Positions 25,881 through 39,639 of a DNA stretch of 64,000 nt are shown in pieces (the first letter of the stretch is position 1; every line of letters begins with the position of its first letter). The notes under the pieces are model-generated. The model was given only the letters and a program-made list of their open reading frames with translations, was not told the DNA's origin and ran no database searches. The translations under genes were made by a program, and so were the position numbers. The DNA comes from Felis catus (lineage: Eukaryota): positions 170,130,001 to 170,194,000 of the forward strand of contig NC_058368.1 in assembly GCF_018350175.1 (NCBI RefSeq), written 5' to 3'.

Positions 25881-27819
25881 TCAGATGGGGTAGCTAAAAG
25901 GCTTGTTCAACTATGACCTCAGAGATTCATCTTGAATTGCCTGGCAAATTGCTGACTAGAACGAGGGGTCCTAAAAGTCCTTCATTTGCTGGAGTTTCTC
26001 CTAAACCCAACTTCAGAAGTTTCCCAATGGCTTTATTTCACAACCATTAAGGAAACGTCCCAAAAGCTCCAGGTTCTGGATAGCTGGCATTTCTAGCATC
26101 CCCTATCCAGCTGGTGCCCAATCTCAGATGGCAGCTGAGCCTAACGTGTTTCTTCCTTGAGAAGCTATTTTTCACACTTCCATTATTAGAAGGTAGAGTA
26201 GCCATCAGACAGCGTCTCTTCCCTCAAAACACAAACCCAGTGAATGTCCAATTGCTTCCTCAACACCAGCGCCCCTCTCAATGGGATAATAAAAACCATG
26301 TGCCTCACCATGACCACTGGTCCCTCCAATAGAGCCTGTTCTTATGGGACACTGTGGTATTTACCTTTCCCTGACTCGCTGCCATTCAGCAAATGTTCTA
26401 TCCTCATTCTATTACTTTGGAATTAGCTCCATTTATAATGGAAGCTGCAGAGATGTAGTAGTAGCTTTGAGTACAACCACTCTTTTATGAAGTCAGCTAT
26501 GTAAAATTTCATGCCTAGAGGACAACAGATATTCCCAGCCCATCTTTGCTAGTTTCACCTGGACTCTATTCCATGTGCTGGTCTTAGGAAGTCTTTCAAC
26601 ATGAAATTCGTGAGCAAACTAAGCACAATCAGAGATCAAGTTTTAAGTTAGGCTTCTCTGAATCGTTACATATGTGCAAAAAATTAGTTGTTTGTGAGTT
26701 CATGGAGATTCAAGGCATAAGCTTAACACATACACTTACAAGGAACTTCAGAAGCAAAACAGCAGATGTGGGAACTGGTTTTTGAAAATCTGGTCTTCAG
26801 AGTTCTCAATTCTCAGCCTTAAGGTAAATTTACGTTATTTTTACTGACAAAGAGAGAAAAGGAAAATAGTATGCTTTGAAGTAGAAGTATTATATGCCTA
26901 GGTTTTTGGCTGCAGTTTTATGATGCGGTGAAGAACCATAATGATTTTTTTATTTTTAAAAAAATGCTGAAGGGCAAAAAGCATGTGCTCAATATCATGT
27001 CCCACTATCTTAAAGCAAAACAAAACCAAAAAAAAATCAATATACAGAAGCAAAACAATAAATTTTCTTTTGAAAATTTTCATAAAAGAAAGAAGTCAAA
27101 TCTGCAAATCTCTCAGAGTAAAATATATGTTTATAAACATACAAAAGACAGAATTCCTGCTCTCAAAGAGTTTTATAGTCTACAAACACAAGTGAAAAGT
27201 ATTTTTGGAAAAAATTATAGGTCATAGCAGATGCTTCATCAATAAGGAAGCTCCTGTTTTCTCCTTACTAGTAAATTTTCAGATTTTCACACTGAATTAA
27301 GTATGCTTTAGTACTCCAAGGCAATAAAAAAACATATTCTCTTAAATGTCCTGTGCTCCTCCCCCTTCAATGTGTCCCATATTCTGTAGGAGTCCTTAAA
27401 GTTTGGCCTTCTTGCTGTCTTTCACAGTGCTACTTGTGGAAAGCACAAAATGAATGTTTCTAGGAATACTCAAAGGGAATTGGTGATATGACCCTGTACC
27501 CAAAGAGGTTTAAGAGGTGAAAAAGAGCTGAGCATTCAGCAGGCTTTGAATTAGGTCTTGTGCTTTAGCTACAAAACTTCAACATGCTCAGATGTTCATG
27601 AACTGCGTTAATTCCAGTTTGTGGACCTGGAAGTGGAAAGAGGTGGAAAACCAACAAAAGGAGCTAGCTGTGAGACTGCTGAATAGATGCAGAATCGAGC
27701 AAATGGAAGAATTAACATTTCCCACACCTACTGTTTAGTGAGCCAGAGACATTTTGCCAATGCATAGCTTAGAATGAAATTTGCTTTTCAACTACTTTTT
27801 TAAAAAGCAGGGATTTTCT

Positions 27820-28040
27820 GGGGTGCCTGTGTGGCTCAGTTGGTCAAGTGTCCAACTTTGGATCATGATCTCGTGGTTCATGAGTTCAAGCCCCATGTCC
27901 AGCTCTGTGTGAACAGCTTGGAGCCTGGAGCCTGCTTCGGACTCTGTGTCTCCCTCTCTCTCTGACTTCCCTCCACTCGCACTTTGTCTCTCTCTCAAAA
28001 ATAAACAAACATTTAAAAAATGAAAAAATAAATACATAAA
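27820..28040 (+). mobile_element. CanSINE
   Basis: TSD aagcagggattt; tRNA-like head, CT tract, A tail. Confidence 0.94.
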
Positions 28041-29138
28041 TCAAGCAGGGATTTCCCATACCCCTAATGGACAGTAGCGACTATTTCAGCCAGGCCTGAC
28101 TTAACTTTTATTTTCAGGCCACTGAACTACAGCCCTGCACCACTCACCTCTGCTGCACCCAGAGATTAGCCTACCCCTAAAGGAATCCAGCACTATGCAC
28201 AACTCCACGGGCCACTGTTCACACACACTACAGCATGAATGCTGTGATGTGAAAGCTGGGCCACATGAGGTTCTCCTGCCAGAGGGATGCTTGGGCTGCT
28301 GGATTCTCTCATTCAGGCCAGAGACACTGTAAGCTGAATTGCTAGAGCCTGTAATGAGCTGTGAAAAATGGATAAGGAGATAACATTTTTTTGAAAGATC
28401 AATGATGAATGTCATTTGTGTAATGAACTAGAGGCGCTGATGAGAAGTTTAATTTACTAATCCTTCAAAACCTACAGGACTTTGTGAGTCATAACCCCAC
28501 CCCAGTACTCTTTTGTCTCATTTCCCTCTGACTGTGCATATTCTCTTCCCCTGTCCCCAACCCTCGTGTACATCTCTCCATTTGTACCTTTCACTAGTAT
28601 TGTATGTCTTCTCAGTTGTTCTCTTTAATCTTTCTTTTCGCTCATACATTTATTTCTCTTTTCTGCTATTTTAAGTATTGCCATTGTGTCTCCTCTCCTC
28701 TACCAGTTTTTCTTTTCTGTGTCCCAACAGGAACCATTCATCTCCATCTGTCTTTTAACCATCTAGTGACTTTCCCCTGCTATTTCCTTCATCTCCTCTT
28801 ATCAAAATCCAGTTTCTTCTATCTTTCTAGTTTTCTTTCTCTTTTCCTTTAACTGACCATAATGAGAAACCAAAGTACATTTGTTCAATGTCCTCTCTGT
28901 GGTCCCAGATTGATTTTTTTCTTCCATGCCTTTGGTCCTTGAGAATATACAGAATACAGTTGTAGATTCTAAAGTAAATCTCAATACCCTTGATATTTAA
29001 AGCTGGCATTTTCATTGTACTTTGACATATTGCAACCTTACAAATATTTAAAATATTTGCTGAGGAATGTTTTTATCATATTTACTTCTTCTGAATTACT
29101 AACATCCAGGTAGTGTAATCCTTAAATTCAAATGTACC

Positions 29139-29348
29139 GGGGCGCCTGGGTGGCTCAGTCGGTTAAGCGTCCAACTTGGGCTCAGGTCATGATCTCGCAG
29201 CCGGTGAGTTTGGGTCCTACATCAGGCTCTGTGCTGACAGCTCAGAGACTGGAGCCTGCTTCAGATTCTATGTCTCTCTCTCTCTGCTCCTCTCCCCCGA
29301 CCCCACCTCTCTCTCTCAAAGATGAATATGTAAAAAAAAAAAAAAAAA
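29139..29348 (+). mobile_element. CanSINE
   Basis: ggggcgcctgggtggctcagtcgg; poly-A; short TSD ..gtacc. Confidence 0.94.
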
Positions 29349-30361
29349 GTACCTATCTTCCTTACTAATTTTAGAATTCTTCAAAAAATGCTCAAAGCTA
29401 GGTCAAAACTCTTCCTAAACATTTGTTTATTTTCCTGTGGACTTTTTGCATACAAAAAAGTAAGCCTATCTACTGACCTTATTCCACCAAATTATCATAC
29501 CTCCTGCCTTTGGGCAGCAACAGTCTCAGAATTTGGAACACAAATAATGATTTACACAGGCTGAGGAAGAAAATTTCCCACACGACTTAGCACCTTATTC
29601 AAGAAATTAGAAAATGAACCACAAAATAGATCAAAGGAAAGTAACAAATTCATAGGCATAAGAACAAAAGTATGTGAGTTAAAATCTAAACACTGGTTCA
29701 CTAGAAAAATCATATAAAAAGAATATGACACTAAATTAAGAAGAATAAAAGGAACAAAACACAAATACATAAAATGAGAATTGGTTAAGGGAGAAAATAA
29801 CCACAGCAACAGGAATCTTAATACACATCTTTGGTCAACTGTGGCCAAATAAATTCTGAAAAATGGGTTAAAATAAATAGTATTCAAAGGAAGCACAATC
29901 TGCTAAAATTGACTAAAGAAGAAAGAGAAAGATCTAAAGAGACTGAAATTCAGGATTGATACTTCAGATACTTTTATGGCATGGATCTCAAATAGTAAGA
30001 ACTGAATTTAGCTGTACCTATGCATTGTGGCTCAATCAACCTTGTCAATGGACATATAAAATCAAAACATTTGACAAAGAGCTACCCTTAGAAGAGGCAT
30101 AAGATACTGAAGATTAAAGAGGGAATTCTACCAAACCTTGAAAGAGTAGATGATTCCAAATTACTGAAGTTCTTTTAGAATATAGAAAAAGAAAATAATA
30201 AGAATTTACTATTTAATAAGCATAACATTTTACATCAGAATAAATACTGAAAGGAAATAGAGGACTCAATAAATATTGTTGGGACAACTCAGTAGCCATA
30301 TGGATTGACAACTCACACACAAAAGTTTTCAGATGGACCAATGATTAAAATGTTCAAAACA

Positions 30362-30513
30362 GAGGCGCCTGGATGGCTCAGTCAGCTAAGCGTCCAACTC
30401 TTGATTTTAGCTCAGGTCATGATCTCATGGTTCGTGAGTTCAAGCCCTGCGTTAGACTCTGTGCTGACAGCATGGAGCCTGCTTGGGATTCTTTCTCTCC
30501 CTTTCTCTCTGGC

Positions 30514-30564
<51 letters not shown>

Positions 30565-30600
30565 AAATAAATAAACTTAAAAAAAAATTTTAAGAGTCTT
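30362..30600 (+). mobile_element. CanSINE
   Basis: Head gaggcgcctggatggctcag, long (CT)n, degenerate TSD gttcaaaa. Confidence 0.93.
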
Positions 30601-31234
30601 CAAAAAACAAAGTTCAAAATAGATCCTTAAAAGTACCAGAAAACAATGTGATAACATTTCAATCTTAGAATGAACTTTCCTAAATAGATATAATTACATA
30701 GAAAAATGATAATAGCAAAAAATGCTACAAGCAAAATTTAAAGATAAATAAAATATATAGGGAAAAATAAACATTTGTAGTTCTTACCATAGACAAAGGG
30801 ACACATGAATTAATTGGTAAATAGTTCGTGCAAAGATAAAAACTCAGTGGGGAAAATGGCCAAAAGAAATAGTTAATTCCCACATAATGAAAAAACAAAA
30901 GGCTCTTAACATATGAAGTTATTCAAACCACTCACCTTAAGAAAACTATATTTAAATAAAAAATTAAATTAACATAATAAAAAATAAGAACTTAAAAATT
31001 AAATAAAAATTATGTAAATTGAAAAAAAGCTTTAAGTTTCTTATTAGGTCTGTTGCTAGCTGTAGGTTGTTATTTATCTTCTTTATCATGTTGTGGTGGT
31101 TCCCATACACTTGTAGTTTGCTCAGTTTTTATCCTGAATTGGTGTTTGATTTTGTCAAACCATATTTTGATGCTAGTATTCTATTTTCATTTTGACTTTC
31201 TGTTAATTTAGTTTCTTATACTTGCTTTAGTCTT

Positions 31235-31454
31235 TTTCTTAATTATTTCTTTTAATGTTTATTTTTGAGAGAGGGAGAGACCAAGCATGAGCTGGGGAGG
31301 GGCAGAGAGAGAGAGGGAGACACAGAATCCAAAGCAGGCTCCGGGCTCCAAGCCAAAGGCACAGAGCCCAATGCAGGGATTGAACTCACCAACTGTGAGA
31401 TCGTGACCTGAGCCGAAGTCAGACGCTTAACTGACTGAGCCACCCAGGCGCACC
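31235..31454 (-). mobile_element. CanSINE
   Basis: TSD tactt(g/a)ctttagtctt. Confidence 0.94.
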
Positions 31455-32448
31455 TACTTACTTTAGTCTTAAACTGTTCTGCTCTACTTGCTTAAATATA
31501 TAATTTATCGTCTTTATTGATGCTGTGGATTACACAATCTAATAATGTTGAACCAGTCTTGCATACATGGAATATAATTTAAATGTCAAAAAAAAAGCAA
31601 ACTGTATTTAGAAATCATATTTCACTTTTCAGATTATCAAAATCCAAATGTTTATCAAATCCTCCATTGGAAAGACTGAAGAGAAACAAGTACTCTCATA
31701 TATTGCTAGTGAGGATATAAGTTAGTACAATTCTTCTGAAAGGCAATTAGAACATACCCACCAAAACCACAAAGGCATACATCCTCTGACTCAGAAATCA
31801 CACTTCCAAGAATTTATTCATGTGCATTAAAAGATATATGTGGAAGTTTCAATTCTATTGTAGTCTGTAGTGGCAGACAGTCTAAAACAACCCAGATGCC
31901 AAAAGGAAACTGATTAAAAATAAACTGTAGGACATCCATACTAAGGAAAACATCATAACCTATTTAAAAAATAATAATGAGAAAATTCCCTGTCTCCTGG
32001 AATGAAAAAGAATCTCTAAGAAATGAAGTTAAATAAAAAATGTAAGATGCCAAATATATTTAGTAGGCTTTCATGTAACAATGGAGAGAAAGTCTAAAGT
32101 ATAATTTATTTTGTTTATATTTTAGAGACCTTGGAAGGATACACAAGCAATTAATCAGGGAGAGAAAGAGGTAAAATAGGCAAATGAAGGTCAGTACTGG
32201 GAGGGAAGCTTCACTGTATTAAAACATTGACTTATATAACAATATCTATTTTAAACATGAGGAAATAGCTTCTAAGAAGAGGGTACTTGCATATGACAGA
32301 ATACCTAGAAGTTGTTGGAGCCCAGAGTTGAAGTGAAAAAAAGAGAAATGGAGTTAAATAATGTGGTGCATGATTATATATAATTTGTATGATTTTGAAA
32401 TTCAGTATATTATAATAACAGGACTATTTTGAATAGTGCTTCACTTTA

Positions 32449-32733
<285 letters not shown>

Positions 32734-33024
32734 TTAAATGAGAGGAAAAAATCATGTATCATTGAATAAAAGATGAACGTGTGTTTTTTTTCTTTGACTA
32801 ATGTCACATTCTTCCTATTAAATAAAAATAATCTCTTTAAGAATAAAAGCAGATTCCCAAAAGATTTTTAAAATTGTAACAGTTTTTAGTGAAATAAACA
32901 ATTAAGCATGAACAAAACCAGTCTTGAAGTTACAAAAATTTGATGATATAATTGTATTTTCAACTTGTACATTTCCCATACAAGAATTTCCTATTTATAA
33001 TATTTATTAAGAAATTATGCAATC

Positions 33025-33205
33025 GGGGGTGCCTCGGTGGCTGAGATGGTTAACTAACTGGGTTTCAACTCAGGTCATGATCTCATGGTTGGGGAGTTTG
33101 AGCCCCACATCAGGCTCTGAGGATGGAACCTACTTGGGATTCTCTCTCTCCCTCTTTCTCTGCCCCCATCCCCCTCTCAAAATAAATAAACATTTTTTTA
33201 AAAAA
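33025..33205 (+). mobile_element. CanSINE (older, internally shortened)
   Basis: gggggtgcctcggtggctgag...ctctcaaaataaataaac. Confidence 0.9.
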
Positions 33206-34382
33206 TTAAGCAGTTGAAGTATATGTTTTATTAAAACAGAGTTTCATCTGTGCATAATGTAAATTTTCTTTCAAGCTAACAGAAAATGTTTATTGAACAA
33301 AATTTGTGTTAAGTAAAAAACAAAAAGATTTGTATTTATTGCACATTGAAGATGTTCTAGGATTTAGGTTTAAATTAAATTTAGTAAGTTATAATATTTT
33401 TTAAAAATATCTAGCACAAAAATTCTACAATATTTAATCAATTTTTAGTCAGGAAAGAGCTTTTTGCTGAAATTTCCTATTTATGTTCAATATTGTCCAT
33501 GACTGATTTTTAATTACAACTTCTTTTGAAATGGCTAGAGGCATATTTTCCTTGGTTAGAATTGGTAATAATAAATGAAGATGCAAGTTTCAAAATCTCA
33601 TGTGTTACATTTTTTTCAATGTTCACAATATGTTCATGTTAGGAATTCCTTCTTGCAAATAAATTGGATGCTGCCTCCTTTCATTAAGTTTTTTACATTT
33701 TTTTATTCAGTATTATCCATCTTCAGGCAGTTTATTACCAGTCATTCAGGATTCACTTTATATGCCTATTGATCTTATGGTAGGAAATTAAGGAACAGAA
33801 AATATTTTTCTGCATATGAACATCTAACTTTAAGGTTCCAAGATCAGCTTGGCTCAATCAAATTACTGTTTGAAGACTGACTATTCCATTATTCAGACAA
33901 AATTATAATGGGAAAAAATGAGAACAATCTCATGATAAAACTGAAAAAATAAAGGGTCAAAGCAATGAAGAAAACAGCAAAAGGCAGGTAAGTAAATAGG
34001 GATTATTGTAAAAGTTCTGGAGGCTGGGAAAGAGTAAAATGCAAAAAACATGTATGTTTATAGTATCCAGTATGAACGAACAATTATGTTCATATTATTC
34101 CCAGTTGTTGCTATCTTATTAACTAGGTCAAAATCATAGCAAGAGCATTCAGTTTGAAACAAAAAATGAAACTATGACACTTCATAGCTGTTGTGACTTT
34201 GAGGAAATTAAGGTCTCAAAGACTACAGGTTCACCTGTTCAAAGGCAATTACAATGCTGTATTTTTTGAGCTATTTCCTTTTACTTATAGTTTGTGTCCA
34301 ATACAAATCAATTCCATAACATGAGAAGTTATTATGAATAAAAGCACAAGTACACAAACACAATATATAATCCAAAATAGAT

Positions 34383-34499
34383 GGGGAGGGGGTTTGGGGG
34401 AGAGGGAAAGTGGGTGATGGGAACTGAGGAGGGCACTTGTTGGGATCAGCACTGGGTGTTTTATGTAAGCCAACCTGACAATAAATTATATTCATTAAA
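34383..34499 (+). mobile_element. Very short 5'-truncated felid L1 3' end
   Basis: gaggagggcacttgttgggatcagcactgggtgtt...acaataaa; TSD aaaatagat. Confidence 0.85.
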
Positions 34500-35569
34500 A
34501 AAATAGATTCACAGCATTCAGGTATGAAACAAAATGTAATGTTCAGTCACATACTCCATACCTTGACATCTGCTGAATATGGTGTCCAGGGTAGGTTTCT
34601 CAAGATAAAAGAAATGACTCTAGTTATCAAGACTACCGTGGGGATATTAGATATTGGAACATGTAAGCATTACTCTGTGACCATGTGAGCAAAAGACTTT
34701 AAGGAGTATCTATTTTAAAAAAGGTTTCTGTGCCTTGAAGCAGCTGCGAAAGATTTACTTTCCAGAACTCATCCCACTTTAGGCTGAGTTTTAACTATCT
34801 AAAAATATTGACTGATAACAGGAAGTGTTCTAAATGAGGCTATTCTGTTTCATAGAGTTTATTTAAAAGTATTTACAGAAAGAGTACAAAAATTCTTCTG
34901 AATTTAATGTAAGTTTCCCCTCTTCACTTCCCAACTACTTGATTTACAGTTTTGGTTCCTTCACATCTTTACATTTTTAATTTCAAGACTTGTCAATTTT
35001 ACCTTCAAAACATCATCTTTTTTAAATTGTAAAAGTATTCAACATATGCAGAAATAAAAAGCATTTTGAAATTAGTTGAGGTCAATTACTTTTTGGAATC
35101 ATTTGAGTAAATGCATCTGGCACTTCTGGTGAATTCTAAGAGGTGTAAGTAAATATATAAACAAATTTTACTCATTATGCTTGGATTTGGGATAGACTCA
35201 ATCCATCACTGCCCTAGTACATGTCAGTTACTGTAGTAAAAACTCAAATGCAACGTCAAATCCAAAGCCTCAAAACAAAGTGTTCAGTTCTCAAGAGAAC
35301 AGTGATAGCTTAACAATGTAAAACTTTATCTAGAGCACAATGGCCTTAACTGGGTACAGCTGAAATGTATTAAGGAATTACACTAACACCTGAAAGTACT
35401 TTCCAATGTACATATAAATAGAATCAGAGAAGATTTTTGTATTACCTATTTTATGGCCTCAGTGAATCAAATGAAACCTGAAATCTCTTTTCCACATCTC
35501 ATCCTTTATCTTCAGATAAGATAAAATCTATTCTCATTTTTTAGGTAGGGCTTTAGGTGTCTATATTTA

Positions 35570-35587
35570 AAAAATAAAAAAAGTTTA

Positions 35588-35625
<38 letters not shown>

Positions 35626-35778
35626 ATGCACAGGCGAGGGGAAGAAAGAAGGGGAGAGAGAGAGAGAACCCCAAGCAGGATCCACACTGTCTGGAACTTA
35701 TGAACCAAATCATGAGATCATGACTTGAACAGAAAGCAAGAATCTGGCGCTTAACCAACTGAACTAGCCAGACACCCC
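35570..35778 (-). mobile_element. CanSINE (diverged)
   Basis: (GA)n, catgagatcatgac, ends gacacccc. Confidence 0.88.
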
Positions 35779-35811
35779 GATATGTCTATTCTTCTTAAAC
35801 TACATTTAAGA

Positions 35812-36009
35812 GGGGCGCCTGGGTGGCTCAGTCAGTTGAGCGTACGACTTCGGCTCAGGTCATGATCTCACGGTCTGTGAGTTCCAGCCCCATGTCGGGC
35901 TCTGTGCTGACAGCTCAGAGCCTGGAGTCTGCTTTGGATTCTGTCCTCCCCAGCTCATGCTCTGTCTCTTTCTCTGTCAAAAATAAATAAACATTAAAAA
36001 TTTTTTTTT
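35812..36009 (+). mobile_element. CanSINE
   Basis: TSD aaactacatttaaga. Confidence 0.94.
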
Positions 36010-36267
36010 AAACTACATTTAAGAAAATGATCTCTTCACTAATTTTGAATGTTTTTCCCTTCATCTTATACTTGACACTCCGGCAGACTTAATACTGGGA
36101 TTCATCATTTAGTCAGATACTTCATATGCTCAATTTTGAGATCCTCAACATTTTCTGTGCCAATAAAATAAGGTATGGAATTGGCAGGTTCAATGAAGGC
36201 CTGTTTTTGTCTTGTCACAGTGGGTGTCTACACACCATCTGGATTGGATTTAGAAAATGGAGAAGTA

Positions 36268-36722
36268 CAGAGGATGCCCCCCTTCTCCATGAGAGATGCG
36301 TTCCAAGACCTTCAGTGGATGCCTGAAACCATGATAGTACTGACCCCTATATATACTGTCTTCCCTATGCATACATACCTATGATAAAGTTTATTTTATA
36401 AATTAGGCACATTAAGAGATTAACAACAATAAAATAGAACAATTGTAACAACATTCTGTAATAACAGATAAGTGAATGTGGTTTTTGTGTTCAAAACATC
36501 TTATTGTCCTGTACTCACCCTTCTTTCTGCGATGATGATATGTTAAAATGCCTATGTGATGAGATGGGAGGTGAATGGCGCAGGCGTCGTGACTTAGCAT
36601 TAAGTTTACTATTGACCTTCTGATGTTTGGTGGGTCAGGAGGATCGTCTGCTTCCGGACCACGGCTGACCGCGGGTAACTAAAACCTCTGAGAGCAAAAC
36701 TGCTGATAAGGGAGCACTACTG
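36268..36722 (-). mobile_element. MER44/Tigger7-family non-autonomous TcMar DNA transposon
   Basis: TA|cag...cccccttctcc and gataagggagcactactg|TA terminal inverted repeats with TA target duplication; ggaccacggctgaccgcgggtaact subterminal motif. Confidence 0.85.
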
Positions 36723-37564
36723 TATAAGTGTTTCTTGACTTGAGTCTCCTAAGAGTCAAGATATACAAAGGAGAATAAGATCACGAAGAGACTGGCTGTT
36801 GCCTGCAGAGCACCACTACTTATACTGGTGACGGAATTGGCTAGATTTGGGGCAGCCAAGGTATTCTGGGAGGAGTTACACGAAAGCATTACAACAGCTG
36901 CTTGCTGTGAATAAATCTGCGTGGGTAGGAGCCAGAAGCAGCAGCCCCAGTCTGAGCCTGGCTACAAAAGTTTTCCCCTCTTACTCGCGTCACCTGCTGC
37001 ATGCCTCACTGGATACTAGGTGCATGGAGAACCTCCAGCTGGGGTGGGCTCAGGCAAGGTGGTCAGCACCAATTCATTTTATTCTGCTTATCCTCCCTGG
37101 CTCAATCTTTTTATAAGAGAAGGTACTTCAAAATCCATAATAATATGTAGTATTGCATAAATATACTACTATGAGCTCTTCCATTACTGAGAGGGATGGA
37201 AGAATAAATGTGTGAGTAAACGAATGAACAAAAATAGTGTTTGGTATATTTCTGGCAAAACGCATTGTTTCCAGACATAACATTACCCTGCAGTACAGAA
37301 TGTTGATGCTATTTTTATCATGTCTCATTTGGCTACTCCTTGCTTTCTTCCCTCCCAGACCAGATAACCTGTAGATCAGATGTCTGTTCCTTCGTGAAGC
37401 AAAATGAAGGCATGTCCACATCTCTCATGTGGTTCACTGATTGAAAGCCCAGCTAAACTTCTCTCCCCCATTGACGTTCAAGGCATTCAACCAATGGAAA
37501 TATAGCCTCAAGTATCAGTCAAATGTATATTTGCCTTATCTTTGAAAGATTTTGTTTGTTTTCC

Positions 37565-37795
37565 CAGAGGAAGTACCAGGAAATAATATGGGCTTCGCAG
37601 TTAGATCTGAAGTCAAGCAGGACTTTTCCACTTGTTAAAGAATGTAAACGTTGGGAAATGTTACCTCTCTAGGCCTCTGTGTTTAGTTTAGTTCTGACTT
37701 GTTTTTCATTTGTGATAAGGAGTTAATGGTAACTACTCTCTGAGTTTTGTGAGGGTTAACTTAGTAGGCAGTGGGAAGTTCAAGTATCAGTTTCT
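37565..37795 (+). mobile_element. MIR fragment
   Basis: ttgggaaatgttacctctctaggcctctgtg...gagttttgtgagggttaa. Confidence 0.55.
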
Positions 37796-37965
37796 TTTAA
37801 GAATTCCCAAGGACACAGCACTAAAGCTTCAGCCTTTGCACTTTACCCCAGGGAGGATTTGATACAATTTCTGCCAGGCTGAAAACAATTTTGTTATATT
37901 GTCACTTTCACATTAGCAAATCTGTAAAATAGAATCATGGTTCTACTACCATAGCTATCTCTTTT

Positions 37966-38197
37966 TTTTTTTTTTAATTTAAAAAAAAATTTTTTTAACG
38001 TTTATTTATTTTTGAGACAGGGAGAGACAGCATGAATGGGGGAGGGTCAGAGAGAGAGGGAGACACAGAATCTGAAACAGGCTCCAGGCTCTGAGCTGTC
38101 AGCACAGAGCCCGACGCGGGGCTTGAACTCACGGACCACGAGATCATGACCTGAGCTGAAGTCGGATGCCCAACCGACTGAGCCACCCAGGCGCCCC
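37966..38197 (-). mobile_element. Young CanSINE
   Basis: CpG-rich; TSD atagctatctctttt. Confidence 0.95.
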
Positions 38198-38698
38198 AAT
38201 AGCTATCTCTTTTTAAGAGTCTTCCTTCTCTTAAAGCCATTATTCTAATGTTGTAATCCAGAGACTTAAATGCCAACTATGCATAAATACATATCTATAC
38301 TTCTTGGAAGTAAACTAACACAAAATATTAATGGCCATTCCTTACAATAGATTCCAAACTCACAAATTTACTACAACTTAGCCTACCAATAAACATTACC
38401 TCAAATTCCATCTGTTAACATTATTTATACATTACATACCTTTTTATCAAATGTCCCTACTTTTTAGCAATGTCCATGTAGGCTTTAAAATTCAGGATTT
38501 TCTCTATTGTATTGTTGAAATGAATTTTTTTACTAAGAACCAAATGGCAATTTTGGAATATCTATGTTAATTTTACTAATCTAGTATTAAAATTGGAAAG
38601 GTGATGTTCTTGGAGAGTATTTCTTTCACACACATGTTCTAGCTACGTGTAGGGGCAGATGCCCACCATTTCGTCTTTGTATTGGGTATAATGATGGT

Positions 38699-39113
38699 GG
38701 ACCCTGTGAGACAAAGTACCAGAGACATCACTACAAGCATAAAACATACAGACATCACAATGACTCTAAACCCGTATCTTTCTATAATAACACTGAATGT
38801 AAATGGACTAAATGCTCCAACCAAAAGACATAGGGTATCAGAATGGATAAAAAAACAAGACCCATCTATTTGCTGTCTACAAGAGACTCATTTTAGACCT
38901 GAGGACACCTTTAGATTGAGAGTGAGGGGATGGAGAACTATTTATCATGCGACTGGAAGCCAAAAGAAAGCTGGAGTAGCCATACTTATATCAGACAAAC
39001 TAGACTTTAAATTAAAGGCTGTAACAAGAGATGAAGAAGGGCACTATATAATAGTTACAGGGTCTATCCATCAGGAAGAGCTAACAATTATAAATGTCTA
39101 TGCGCCGAATACC
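38699..39113 (+). mobile_element. Young L1 internal fragment (ORF1 stop, spacer, ORF2 codons 1-~119); no 3' end or poly(A)
   Basis: Uninterrupted MTLNPYLSIITLNVNGLN...CCLQETH...NVYAPNTG endonuclease frame from ATG 38760; flanked by gggtataatg(a/g)tggt repeats. Confidence 0.93.
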
Positions 39114-39220
39114 GGGTATAATGGTGGTAGAAAACAAAACAAACAACAACAAAAAACATTCAAGAAGATGGATAAATCAACAAAAAGGGAAATTCTCTAA
39201 GGAATCGCGATGTGGTAGCA

Positions 39221-39223
39221 AAA

Positions 39224-39253
<30 letters not shown>
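39221..39253. repeat. (AAAT)n tetranucleotide microsatellite
   Basis: About 8 units. Confidence 0.9.
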
Positions 39254-39254
<1 letters not shown>

Positions 39255-39639
39255 GCAAGCCAGTCTCTCCAGAGTTCTTCATTTTCTATCAATAATTAGG
39301 GAAATGTAGTAAACACATCAAAAAGTAAGCTACCTTATATTCTGCTTGACATAAGAGAATAAAAGAGAAAGAAATAGGATGTTAGCCATTGCAAAAGAGT
39401 TTACAGCAAATCCTATCTCTGTCTATTGCTGTCTGTCTCTTTTGTATCTTCACCTGTCCTTAAGTAATCCTAGAGCTGGAAATATTTAACTTGTTTGCAG
39501 GAAAAAAATGATACTGTTTTTCTTCAAATTTCAAGAAGTGACTCATTGGTAGTTCCAAAAGATTATTTCCTACAGGAGTTATAAAATCTCACAAGGGAAG
39601 ACAGCATGAGTAACTATTATTACTAGTTATGAACTATTA

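Larger units (their letters stand above)
29570..32260 (+). mobile_element. Old L1ME-like fragments (ORF2 and 3' end), with an oppositely oriented L1 piece at ~31030-31575
   Basis: aagaaattagaaaatgaac; gaattctaccaaacc; actctcatatattgctagtgagg; the T-rich reversed segment contains atgttgaaccagtcttgcat. Confidence 0.55.

Noticed and set aside
1..32400. Search for the next TMEM232 exon (EHPSVSEIPMFPYPDFF...)
   Set aside because: Not found by eye; it probably lies beyond the window. The preceding exon was likewise not found in 48000-64000. A tblastn search would settle both.
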